From positions 124,001 through 188,000 of the forward strand of contig MU058790.1 of NCBI GenBank assembly GCA_013265495.1: 64,000 bases of DNA, read 5' to 3'. Numbering within the stretch: the first letter of the stretch is position 1; each line of letters begins with the position of its first letter. Below, piece by piece: positions 52,601 through 64,000 of this stretch. The stretch comes from Vicugna vicugna (lineage: Eukaryota). The position numbers and the translations under genes were made by a program. Under the pieces are notes generated by a model. That model was given only the letters and a program-made list of their open reading frames with translations, was not told the DNA's origin and ran no database searches.

Positions 52601-54759
52601 ACCCATTTTACAGGGGAGTTTGAACTGATAACATAGTAAAGATTAGCCTAGAGAAAGTGTGGATATACTTTATGGAGTGTTTGAATACAAATTATTTTTT
52701 TCCACTTTGTGCTGTGCCTTACCTGGGACTACTGAATGCATTTTCCATCTGTACACATTTGTTCTTACATCACGTGTCTTCTTGCAACACATTTTTTCAT
52801 CCTTGGAAACAAAGGCACCTCTTCTGTGATGTAATTCAAATGTGTCTAAATTCTTCAGTCCTCAGAGATGGGTGGAGGCATGGCATTGTCTCTCCCTTTA
52901 AGAAGCCAGGAACGTGGTAATTTGGGATGCTGGGAGTCAGCTTCCTCCCCGGTATGCTCAAGGAGCCCTGAGTGTTATTACAAGTATCACACGTTTGTCC
53001 TGGTTGTCTCTTGTCCCCTCACTTAGCTCATCACACATATCAGCTTTTCTCCCAGTCATCTCTCCTGCCTAGTAACCAGGGCTCCATGCTACTGCCTCTC
53101 TCTGAACCATCCCATCCCCACACTGTGAACAGGGGCCTATTTCTCAAAACCCTGCTCACAGGAAACTGTCTTGTTTAAGGCTTGGAGGTAATATCAGGGG
53201 AGTCCAGTGCAGAAAGGAAATTTTAAACTGGATATCAGCTCTATTGGGCTTTTGGTCCATTGACCTCACCCCTTCATTCTTACCTCCTGGCCTGCACCTG
53301 TGTTGCAGAGGCCCCCCTCTGCTCCCTCTGGAAGAGTCATCATTTTCATGTCCTCAACCCTTTCTTCTCCCTCATGCCAGAAGAACTAAAGTCCTTTACA
53401 ATCATGATCAGCTTTACTGGATGGATCCTGGGGGTCGTAAAAACACTGTTGAACATCATTCTACAGAATCCATTGCTTCTCACTTCAGAAGCATCAGTTC
53501 CTGGTTTTCTCCCACCAGTCTTCACACCCTTCCACTGCTTGGCTACAAACTCTCCCCAAAGTAGTGTCTTCAAGAAGGAAAGAAACACTTTTGGGGTTCT
53601 ACTCAGAAGAGTATGACTACAGGTTCAAACATGGCATTTTCTTTGCCCCTTTGTCCAGTAGTTTACAAAAGGTGAATATGACTATAGAATCTGGAAAAAA
53701 GGTAAACTTAAAATATAAAAAAAACTCACTGTGTACCTTCTCAAGAACACCTGAGGCATAACTCCAAAGTTCTAATCTCCCCAGATTTCGTAGAACTCAT
53801 ATGCCTAGCAGTAGGTGGGGTTCTCTGTGTTCCAAGAAACAAAACGAAACTCATCACCAGCATCAATCAAGACTTTGCTTCAAAGAACACTGAAGCCCAC
53901 TTAGTCAGTACTGTGAATTTCACGTACACATCCCAGTTCTGATCTTTTTTAAGTGCTTCTGGCCTAGCTCTTTATTAATTTCCTTGGTGGAAGCAAGTGA
54001 TGTTCTTAGTTACTGTGTGGATTTTTTTCTAATATGTAGTTTGAAAAACATCATCATTATCTGAAGAGAGACTTAATATTTAGTGATGTAATTCAAAGTT
54101 TTTAGGTTGATTTCATTCAGTCCAGTTTTTAGATGTGTGTTTAATAGATTCCTGCTAAGGATCAGACACTACCAGACACCAAAGATATTTCAGACCCAGA
54201 TCTCATTCCCAAAAAGCTTACATTACCTCTGGGGAGAATTGACATACAGTACAAAATACATACAAGGTAAAAAGTTGTGAGTGCCCTTAGAGAGATATAG
54301 ATCAAAAGTCTATTTACATCACTTAATATTCAAGATCGCTATGATTCCTCTGATGGGCACTTTCTTGTAGTTTCCTAGGGCATCCCAGTTTATTCACACA
54401 TCTTTGAATCTCAACAGTCTCAGGTTCAATTCCTGCCTCTGACACATAACAACTATATGACCTTGGATTGTTCCTTTATATTCTGTGGATGTCAGTGTCC
54501 CTGTTTATCCAGAGAGGGCAGTAGTTCTTCGGAAGTTGATGTGAGGATTAAACGCAATAACCCAGTATCTACAGTACTTGGTGGATGTAGGTGCCTAGCA
54601 CGTGTTCTTTCTTTCACTGCTCCATAAACACATCAAATAGATATAAGTACCCTAATGTGTGAATATGTATTGGAGGGTCTAAAGAAAGAAGTAGGAAGTC
54701 ACAGCTTCCAATCCGAGGGGGTTAAAAACTTGATGCCGTATTTGAACCTTATTTTATCA

Positions 54760-55015
54760 TGAGGCCTTTCCTGACTGCCCTATATAAAATAACACAGGGC
54801 CCCTAACTTCTTTTCTACTTTATTTTCTCCCTAGCACATACCATATGAAATACTTGCTTCGTGACTGGCTGCCCATCCCCCTCCCCTTAGATAATGTATA
54901 TTCCACAAGAGCAGGGCCCTTGCTGTTCATTAGTTCACTGCTGTATCTCTGGGGCCTAGAACAGTGATTAGCATATAGATAGCACTTAATAAATATGTAT
55001 CAGATGAGTGAGTGT
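54760..55015 (+). mobile_element. L2 3' end
   Basis: 'gaggcctttcctgact...gttcactgctgtatct...gcctagaacagtg...cttaataaatat'. Confidence 0.75.
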
Positions 55016-55770
55016 AGGGATTAAAACCAATTTTAAAGTCAATTTGGCTCTTTTTCTTTCTATTGGCTTTTGTGATAACGTTGAAAATTTTTGGCAAGTG
55101 AGATGGTGTCACTGGTACGTTGGGTACTGAGGTTTTGCAACTGCATCATGTCTGTCAGTAATGGTCATCACTTAGCTTTTAACAGTTTTCTTCTGTGTGC
55201 TGTTGCCTGTCTCCAGAATCCCCCTCTACCCTTGAACCTTATCAGTCTTTCTCATCTCTGGTGATTGATTTCCTGCCAGGAGTATCCCTGACTTCCTGTT
55301 TGTAATTTCCAGATCTTTGTTTCTTTTTCTATGACTCAGCGGTTTCTGTATGATAGCGACTCTGTCACATTTCCACCAGTAGGTGCCAGTATCTGATATG
55401 ACTTACAGAGACAGATTTACCACTTAGGGAGGATTCTTTTTCTAGAAAATGTTCTCTTTTGAGGAGAATTCAGAAAGAGCAAAACCTTTTCTCTGCTTGT
55501 GGGAAGGCTGTGTTGAATGTTACTGGCCTATAAAAAGGTGACACGGTTAGAAGTGTTATATTTCTGAACAAAAGGCTCTGACACCATTTTTCCCCACATA
55601 AATGCAGATTTTTTCTGGAGTCTTTCTGAAGGATATGTCTACATACTGTAAAGCTTTAAGTGGTGTATTTAAGTCAACATAAAAAGCAGTTACTTCATTT
55701 CTCAAATATTCAAGAAACACTTCCATACATTTAGCCTCCTTACCAAAAAATTCACAAATACAGTTCCCAG

Positions 55771-56219
55771 TGTCGACTGAAAAAAAAAAAGCACAACCTA
55801 AAAGTTGAGAATTATGTTTTATTGGGGGCATTTCTAAAGACTTAAGCCTGGGAGGCAGCCTCTCAGATAGCTCTGAGGGACTATTCCAGAAGAGGTAAGA
55901 GAGGAGCCAGGATATACAGGAGTTTTGCAAAAAAATAAACAAAACCCCAGGTAGTCAAACATCAAAAGATTGCTGCTAAAAAAGAAAAACTAGATATCTC
56001 AAATTAGTGAATTTAGCACTTTACTATGTATGGGAAGATGCAAGAGTCGGCTCATTGACACCATTCCTTTGATATGCACCTTAGCTATCTAGGACCAGTA
56101 TCCTGTTTTTCTTTATCCTGAATCCCCTCAGGGTGTACAGTGTGGCTGCAGCAGCTGATGGCTTGCTGGTTGCAACATCCTTTGTTTACTGAAATGGTAG
56201 GTGACATGCTTTGTCAACA
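55771..56219 (-). mobile_element. 3' LTR of the right ERV
   Basis: tgtcgactga...tgtcaaca, homologous to 6770-7221 and 21390-21882. Confidence 0.9.
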
Positions 56220-56340
56220 GCACCTCCTCTTGGTCATTAATTCGAACAAAGTTTGGGAGGCATTTCATGACCAATTTTGTCCCATGGTGCTAGGAAGGCT
56301 CCTTCCCAGATGAGGCGAAGATTCTGTTGATGGGCCACTC

Positions 56341-56624
56341 AATGTGCTAACTTTTGGATCAGGTCCTGTCGATAATCTAAAATTCTCTGAATCACCTGTC
56401 TTACTAGTCTGTTACGATCTAGGAAGTGTTTTCCCTTGTCATTTCTTTCCATATCAGGAGTTGCACTATTATAATTACTCAACGCAGAATGTGCTAACGA
56501 TCAGGTCCTGTCGATAATCTAAAATTCTCTGAATCACCTGTCTTACTAGTCTGTTACGATCTAGGAAGTGTTTTCCCTTGTCATTTCTTTCCATATCAGG
56601 AGTTGCACTGCACTAATTACTCAA
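56341..56624. repeat. Local tandem duplication / templated insertion (111-bp perfect core)
   Basis: 56357-56467 equals 56499-56609, with extra short duplicated pieces on either side. Confidence 0.95.
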
Positions 56625-58548
56625 ATGTTTCATCTTCGTTAAAAAAGGTATACCTTAACAACCTGTTGTAGGTCATAGTTAGCATAAGAGGAAAGGTTTT
56701 ATGGAAAACAAAGATTAAAAGCCAATATATTTCAGAAAAAAATCATAATATTATGAATCATGTTTATCAGTTCATTCAGTCCCATGTCAACTAATTCCTG
56801 CTGATCTGGACGAAGTGATCAGGTTTTCCACTAGTTTTGTAACTTCTTACCCAGTTCAATGGTATGATCTAAAAGTTTCAGGAACTTATTTGTCAAAATG
56901 TTCTTTTTATGAATCTTCTTGAAGATCTTCATTTCATAAAAGCATCAGAGCCAACAATGATTGTCTATAAATGACAAAAGACTTAAAATGGCATGGTTAA
57001 AGATCTGCTTACAATGCCATTGACAAGAAACTTGGATATTTCTGTGACATATTTTAAGATAGTACCTAGAATTATGACTGATGACTTTGTGCCAAGACAT
57101 GTCAGAATTTTAGGACTTCCATATAAATTTTGGATTATCTATATTAATGATATTTACCCATACAGAATAACCTAAGAAGGTTTATCTCCAATTAGTTCAC
57201 AGTGCTTCTCAAGTAATTCAACACACCAAGTATGCCTAATTAATTTAACATTCCTCTCTGAGATGCCTCGGTTTCTTTGAAGGGTCAAAAGAACTTCAGT
57301 TAGAATTTGATATTTAGGACATTGTCAAAATATCAAAAAGGTTTCCAATTTTTAAAAACAGATAAAATTTTCAAAACACTTAAACACTTGGTCAAATAGG
57401 ATCATAGGTCACTGTGACACAGTACTCATTCACTTAACCAAAGTGGCAAAAGATTTCAAAAGCAAATACAGATAACTTAACAGCAAAGAAACGCATACAA
57501 CCTGTTATCAAAAGCAGTTGTCCAAGAAAACTTTCTTCTCTTGAGAGAGGAACCAAATCCAGTCCTGCACCAGCCTACTTTTAATAACAAAATCCACTTA
57601 CTTAATTAAATTTAATCTCATCTCAGGCTGACCATGCACAAAACTCCTTTTTCAGGGCTCCCTTTCTACAAAACTCCCGCAACTCTCTGCATCCATATTA
57701 ATTTGCCCCTTATTTTTCCATCCAGAAACAACCAGCTCTAGGACAGAATCACTCTTGCCCCTTAACAAAATGTATTTCAATTCCTCATACCTCCTTCTGC
57801 TGAAAACACACACCCTACTTTCCGTGCGTAGTGAAATGGTTCCCTTGTTATTTCTAGTAGTTTTAATTACCTATTCCAGTTTTAACCCGTAAAACCTTAA
57901 TCTCTAGTGAAAACCGACAAGCAGCAAGTAATTGTGAACTGTTTGTCATACCAGCGTTTCCTGGTCGGCAAACTTTGGAATATTCCATAACCCCTAGAAA
58001 CATACCCCTTCTCATAGCATAATTCCTTCTCTCCATGTGCTTCAAGACATGTTGAATAAAGCCCAGACTTCTTTAGTTTTCCTCTGGTAGCAAGACAAAA
58101 GTGGGTCAACTTAGATCTGCTTAGCAATTAATGTTCTACTATTTTATTCTATTTGGAAGGACCTGGATATTCAAGGAATTCCCATCATTTAACTTAATTT
58201 AGCAAAACTCTAAAGTTTTAAGTCACCAAAAATCTGGAGAAAGTATTTTAGACAGACATCCCTAAAACATACTTTTCCTAAAGAGTTCACCTGAAAACTC
58301 TTATTTACCTCTATTTTACAACTTATGAAAATACCTTCATACCAAGTTAATTTTTTTCTTGCTGACAACTCTGAACCGGAAATAACATGAACTTACTGAC
58401 TGCTAGAAAACCTAGGTACAATAAAAGTCTGTGTTGATTAAACCAACAAGCTGAAGCTAGCTTTAATACCAGGTATTAACGTAATATTGAATATTTCCTA
58501 GATCACGTGAACCTGAAATTCATTCTGGCCAGTTTCTTTCATGTTTAG
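56623..58548 (-). repeat. Right arm of near-identical inverted repeat (partner 4212-6138)
   Basis: Reverse-complement match to the left arm at about 99% identity by eye. Confidence 0.97.
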
Positions 58549-60872
58549 AAGTATTTAATTTGTAAGTGTCTACTGTTTAGTCAATTAAATACAGTTTATA
58601 AGTTTAATTTTGGTAGTATTTTCTAGGGATAGATATCTCGTATGTATAGTAGGTACACAGACATAAAGAGACATAACTAGAAATCTCACAGCTTCACTTT
58701 AAAACTTAGTGATGAATCAGATAGTATAATAACTTATTAGTTTACAAATAACAGTTGGAATAAGTTAAATTTGTTTGCTCAGATGACTAAGGCTTTATTG
58801 TTTGTGGGAAAGACTTAACGATTTGTATTTGTCCTTGATAAACCCTTAATGAGGCTATGAATTAGGTTTTGGGTGAGGGAACTTGTCCAGGGGTTTGGGT
58901 TTAAAAAGCCTTTTTTTCTTCCTTTGGTTTCAGGGTCTACTTCATTGAACTAATTAGGCTCAGGTCACTATGGGCTGTATTTACATTTCTGATTTGTACA
59001 GATTTGCAAGACAAAGATAGTTGCTTTTAATTCCCCAAAGGACTGGTCTGCCTCCTAAGTGATATTAAAAGATTGACTTGCCCAACTGTATTTTCTTTTA
59101 TTTTCTTTTATAACAGTGAGATGATCTCCAACTAAACTGAAACCCAGGAGTTCCATGTTCTGGAACTTTAGGGACAATGTATCATGCCTTCAAAAGTTTG
59201 CACAAGGCATTCAACAGAGGCCCTCTTTCTGAGTGCACAGGTTATAAACCCAAATCCAAAAAAAAAAAGATTATTGTTTTTTTTATTTGCCCTTGAATAT
59301 TAACTCCTAGTTTTTGTTTTATATTCTGTGGGCTCAGGTGACCCTGTTGGTTACCTTAGTTTGTTTAATATTTCCTGAGGGGCAGATTCATATGCCCTGT
59401 CTTATAATACCAGGCAGTGGAATGGTTCCCCAGTGAGACCTGTCTATCCCACAATATAATTAGGCAAAAGAGATGTAACCATCTTATATAAAGCCCATTT
59501 AAATATGCTAACTTTTATAAACTTTCATCTCAATTCCATCGACTTTTATACCTTTAACTTTAGTTTCTATTAGGACCCCATCAAGAAGCCTTGGTCTTAC
59601 GAGTCCAGAAATTTTCCTTGCTTTCTGACCATTTTATCTATTTTTATATAAAGGGCCTTGGACTCCCCAGTGAAGGGTTGAGCCAAGGGACTCAGGCCCT
59701 TTTGTTATTTTTTTTTAACTTGATTAATTGGCCTAACTTGCCCCAAATAATTGCTGGTCAGGTATCTCAGTACATTTTTTTTTAGCCTTTTAAATACATA
59801 TTTTAAATTGGGATAGAGTAGACTTGTTTGAGGCTCTTTAATGTTGGAGACCAGTAGGGGTCCCTTTGGCCCATCCAGTCTTAGGTAGTGTTGTATCAAA
59901 CTTTTGTTTTAATCCCATTTATTTCAGTTTTATTTATTCCATTTCTTAATAACCACCATTTTCTTGCTATCTTCTTTGGAGCACAGCTGTGTCTCTGAAG
60001 GCTTATTATGTTGTTAATGGACCTTTCTCTTTTTTTTTTTTTGCTTCCTTTAAAGGCACTGAGTTGTGGGCCTAGGAATTTGTGGGAGAGAGGAGCACAA
60101 GACAGAAGTCTCTAATCTCAGGACAAGGGGGTTTTCTCCTCTGCAGTGGAGGGCATGCTGAGCTGATTAAGAGAAAGGGGGTCAGTCTGAGACCCCTGGG
60201 AAGGGGTGTGGCCTGTGGGCTCTAGGAAAAAAAAGTCTCAGGACAGGTTTTAAGCTTGGATCCTGTGTCCTGGCTACCTTGCCTGTCCTCTGAGATGGTA
60301 GCCTAGTCTGACTAATTGGTAATCTCAGTATGTTTAAGCATTGTATTTATAATATTGAGGTACTTAGTTATCATTAAATATTCATTTTTTTCCTTTTATA
60401 AGTTAATAGCATCCCTGCTTTTTAGATAGGCACATAGATGCTCAGAATAGAGATTACATTTCTTGGCTTTTGTCATAGTTAAGTTTGATCCCATGAATAT
60501 ATACAAGAAGTTGTATGCAACATCTTTGAAGGGAGAAGGGACCTATATTATTTTTTTTTCCTTCTTGCTGACTGGAATATAGACATGGTGGCTGAATGTG
60601 GAATACCCATCTTTTTCAATGAGGTGACCAATAGCAGAGCAACAAGATAGAAGGAGCCTGGGTCCCTGACACCATGGAACTGCTGTACCAACCTACCTGC
60701 TTTTCTTTAGACTTTACATTAGGGATAAATACATTTTTATTTTTTTAGCTGCTTCTGCAAGTGAGCCTAATCTTTATGAATATAGTAAAGTACTCTCAAT
60801 TCAATTTTGTCTTAGTTGGTAAGTATATTTCCAAACCAGGGAATATATAGGAAAAAAAAGGTATTGTATGCT

Positions 60873-61185
60873 GTGTAGCAGCCATGACAAATCAGTAACA
60901 TAACACAACTTTCCTCCATGTGTTCCTCATCCTCCAACTAGCTGGCCCAGGCATAGTCTCATGGTGCTGGGAGACATACAAGAGAACGAGTTCTTTTCCA
61001 AACCTCTCCATGTCTCATGGTTGTTAATATTCCATTGTCCAAAGCAAGGCGTGTGCCTGGACTCAGAATCAAGGGGAGGGAAAATATATTCTGTCTCTTG
61101 ATGTGGGAAGCTGCAAAGTCACTTGGCGAAAGGCATGAATACAGAAATGAGTACAGAATTTGGGCCAGTAAGGCAATCAGTCTAA
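60873..61185 (-). mobile_element. MaLR (MLT1-type) LTR remnant
   Basis: 'taatattccattgtccaaagcaag...ctcttgatgtgggaagctgcaaagtcac'. Confidence 0.6.
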
Positions 61186-61478
61186 CCTTAGTACTAATGC
61201 TTTTAAAATATGCTTAGAATAAATTTGGGGATAGGTTTTCATAGTCATCATAATACTCTGTCTGTATTTGGTATTTAATGTATTTGCAATATTGAAAAGA
61301 ATTTGGCATGTTAGAAAATGTGACAGATTGAGATGATTTCAATTTCAAAAGTACAATTTTGTCATTAATTTTACTCTTTTGATTTGTAGTTGAAAGGTGT
61401 AAGATAACTTTACTAAGTAAACAATATTGAAGGTCTAAGAGAACTTGAGATTCATTACATTCCTAAATTGAATTTTTA

Positions 61479-62584
61479 TTTCTCTTTAAAGATTCCACAT
61501 ATGAGTGATATCATATGGTATTTTTCTTTCTCTTTCTGGCTTACTTTACTTAGAATGACATTCTGAAGGGACACCCACGTTGCTGCAAATGGCATTATGT
61601 TGTCATTTTTATGGCTGAGTAATATTCCACTGTATAAATATACCACAACTTCTTTACCCAGTCATCTGTCGATGGACATTTAGGCTGTCTCCATGTCTTG
61701 GCTATTGTAAATAGTGCTGCTATGAATATTGGGGTGCAGATGTCATCCTGAAGTAGGGTTCCTTCTGGATATATGCCCAGGAGTGGGATTGTTGGGTCAT
61801 ATGGTAAGTCTATTTTTAGTCTTTTGAGGAATCTCCATACTGTTTTTCACAATGGCTGCACCAAACTGCATTTCCAACATTGTTGGAGGGTTCCCTTTTC
61901 TCCACACCCTCTCCAGCATTGATCATTTGTGGATTTTTGAATGATGGCCTTTCTGACTGGTGTGAGGTGATACCTCATTGTAGTTTTGATTTGCATTTCT
62001 CTGATAATTAGTGATATTAAGCATTTTTTCATGTGCCTATTGGTCATTCATATGTCTTCATTGGAGAATTGCTTGTTTAGGCCTTCTACCCATTTTTGGA
62101 TTGGGTTGTTTGTTTTTTTCTTATTAAGTCATATGAAGTGTTTATATATTCTGGAGATCAAGCCCTTGTCAGTTTCATCTTTTGCAAATGTTTCCTCCCA
62201 TTCCATAGGTTGTCATTTTGTTTTGGTTATGGTTTCCTTTGCTGTGCAAAAGTTTGTAAGTTTAATTAGGTCCCATTTGTTTATTTTTGCTTTTATTTCT
62301 ATTGCCTGGGTAGACTGCCCTAGGAGAATATTGCTGAGATGTATGTGAGATAATATTTTGCCTATGTTTTCTTCTAGGAGGTTTATTGTATTTTGTCTTA
62401 TGTTTAAGTCTAATCTATTTTGAGTTCATTTTTGTATATGGTGTAAGGGAGTATTCTAGCTTCATTGATTTACGTGCTGCTGTCCAGTTTTCCCAACATC
62501 ATTTGCTGAAGAGAGTGTCTTTATTCCATTGTATGTTCTTGCCTCCTTTGTCAACGATTAATTGACCAAAATTTGTGGGTTCAT
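61479..62584 (-). mobile_element. L1 truncated at both ends but bounded by TSDs
   Basis: ORF2 peptide '[28 protein letters not shown]...[11 protein letters not shown]'. 15-bp direct repeat taaattgaattttta at 61464-61478 and 62585-62599. Confidence 0.9.
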
Positions 62585-64000
62585 TAAATTGAATTTTTAG
62601 ATCTTCTAGGATTTAGTACTTGTGGAAATACTTCATTTAGTGCTGTTCTTAAGTGTTAGCTCTTCTGAAAGTCTTTTCCTGACCAGGCTATTAATAAATG
62701 ACTGTATCTCCTTATCATGTCATCTCTAGTGCACTTATTTTTTGGCATTATATTATATATTTTAAAATTACTAGTTTTAGCCTTAAAATATACTCTCCAG
62801 AAAGGTAATAATTTTGTTTTGCTTGCTGCTCTATCCAGAACATTTTAAAAAGTGCTTGGCATCTAGGTGTTACAAACATTTGCTGGCTGACTGAATGAAT
62901 GAAACTTTTAGGTCATGCACTTGAAATGCTTGAAAAGAAATTTGAACATACTATGTTAATGAATGTAATTCAAATTTCTTGTAAGATAATTAACTGATTG
63001 TAAACAGGACTGGTTAAGGAGTTCAGTCTGTTCCACTTGAATTGACTAAATCTTAGTCAAAGATTTACAAGTTAGGAACTTAAAATTTACATACATGAAT
63101 AGGATAATAGGATTTTCAAATTGATCTTGAGGAATCAAGAAAAGGAAGGCTAGATTGTTAAATGTTACTTTAGTAATTTGAATATAAATTAAAAAAATAA
63201 AAAATTTATAGGTAACAGTAACTGGTCTTTTCTGAACACAAAATCTTCCCTTGGACATAAAGAGTCTCACATTGTCCCCACAAAGTCTTTGTAATGCACA
63301 TATGGGGAAGCATGAAACAGTAAACATGATTCCCAGAGGAGGAGCCAGGGGATAATTTTTTTACTGATATTATTGTCACTAGAGGGGAATGATGATTGTG
63401 TAATACAGGAAATGTAGAGGTTGAGGAAAAATGGAGAAGGTAGGGAGCTCTGTTTTAAAGAGATGGATAAACTTTTCCATGTCGTCAAAACCTAAATTGT
63501 CTGTCTCTCCAAAAACCTTATGATGAGGAAGACATTAGAGTTATGTAGGGAAAAGAAGGGAGCATCTAGGACAAATGATGGTGGCATTCCTGCTATAGAT
63601 CCATTGAAAAGGGGAACGAATAAATAGTCGTCAAAGGTTTCATAATGAAAGCACCCACTGGCGCTTTGGAATAGCAGCAGTGGCAGTCACAGGGACTCTG
63701 GTTTCCATCACAACAGAATGTCCTGTCTCTGGAGTTGGTTTCCACCATTTTGGTTACACTGCCAGTAGCAAACTTCCTCAAAAGGTATTGGCTTAACACA
63801 GCCATTTTATTTTGCTTATCATTTTCTGGGACAGGAATCTGGGAAGAGCTCAGCAAGGCAATTGTCTCTGGTTCAGGTGGTATGAGCTAGAATAGCTTGG
63901 ATTGGAAGACAGGCTTCCAAGTAGGAATGTTTTACTGACATATCTATTATCTTAGTGGTTTATGGCCTCTCACTCTCTGTAAGTTGTATAATTTTTCAAG

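Larger units (their letters stand above)
55771..60340 (-). mobile_element. Degenerate ERV (right copy, inverted relative to 1616-7221): 3' LTR and internal region, 5' LTR not found
   Basis: Colinear reverse-complement homology to ~2750-7221, with weaker homology out to ~60340 (this end is approximate). Confidence 0.88.

Noticed and set aside
11336..55340. About eight TGA(G/C)TCA AP-1 motifs across the window
   Set aside because: Roughly the number expected by chance for a 7-mer in 64 kb. Only the one in the CpG island has supporting context.
56341..56624. CRISPR-like or satellite interpretation of the local repeat
   Set aside because: Only two units, no spacers, and a mammalian context. It is explained as a templated duplication.

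Overview
Mammalian genomic DNA, most likely camelid (alpaca/llama/camel), judged from a tRNA-derived Vic-1-type SINE and the L1 3' ends. I can support no protein-coding exon. Most of the window is interspersed repeat (LTR/ERV, MaLR, L1, L2, MIR, DNA transposons) around one CpG-island promoter (~34950-35600). That promoter has an ATG-less first exon ending at a perfect CAG|GTAAGT donor at 35555/35556 on the + strand; I do not recognise the gene. The main structure is a pair of old, related ERV copies in inverted orientation about 49 kb apart (1616-7221 on +, 55771-~60340 on -) that bracket the promoter. Their LTRs and outer internal parts are clearly diverged, but 4212-6138 vs 56623-58548 and 6501-6817 vs 56172-56488 are about 99% identical, and smaller perfect patches lie in the diverged part. 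This is the pattern expected from repeated ectopic gene conversion, and it provides a substrate for inverting the promoter-bearing segment. In the right copy, ~360 bp ending at a (TA)n tract is replaced by a multi-piece templated insertion. Also notable: a TSD-bounded L1/non-L1 chimeric insertion, a 3'-truncated L1 with TSDs, and a MER41-like LTR with tandem GAS-like sites. Alignments were done by eye and repeat family names come from recalled consensus sequences, so boundaries of old repeats are approximate.
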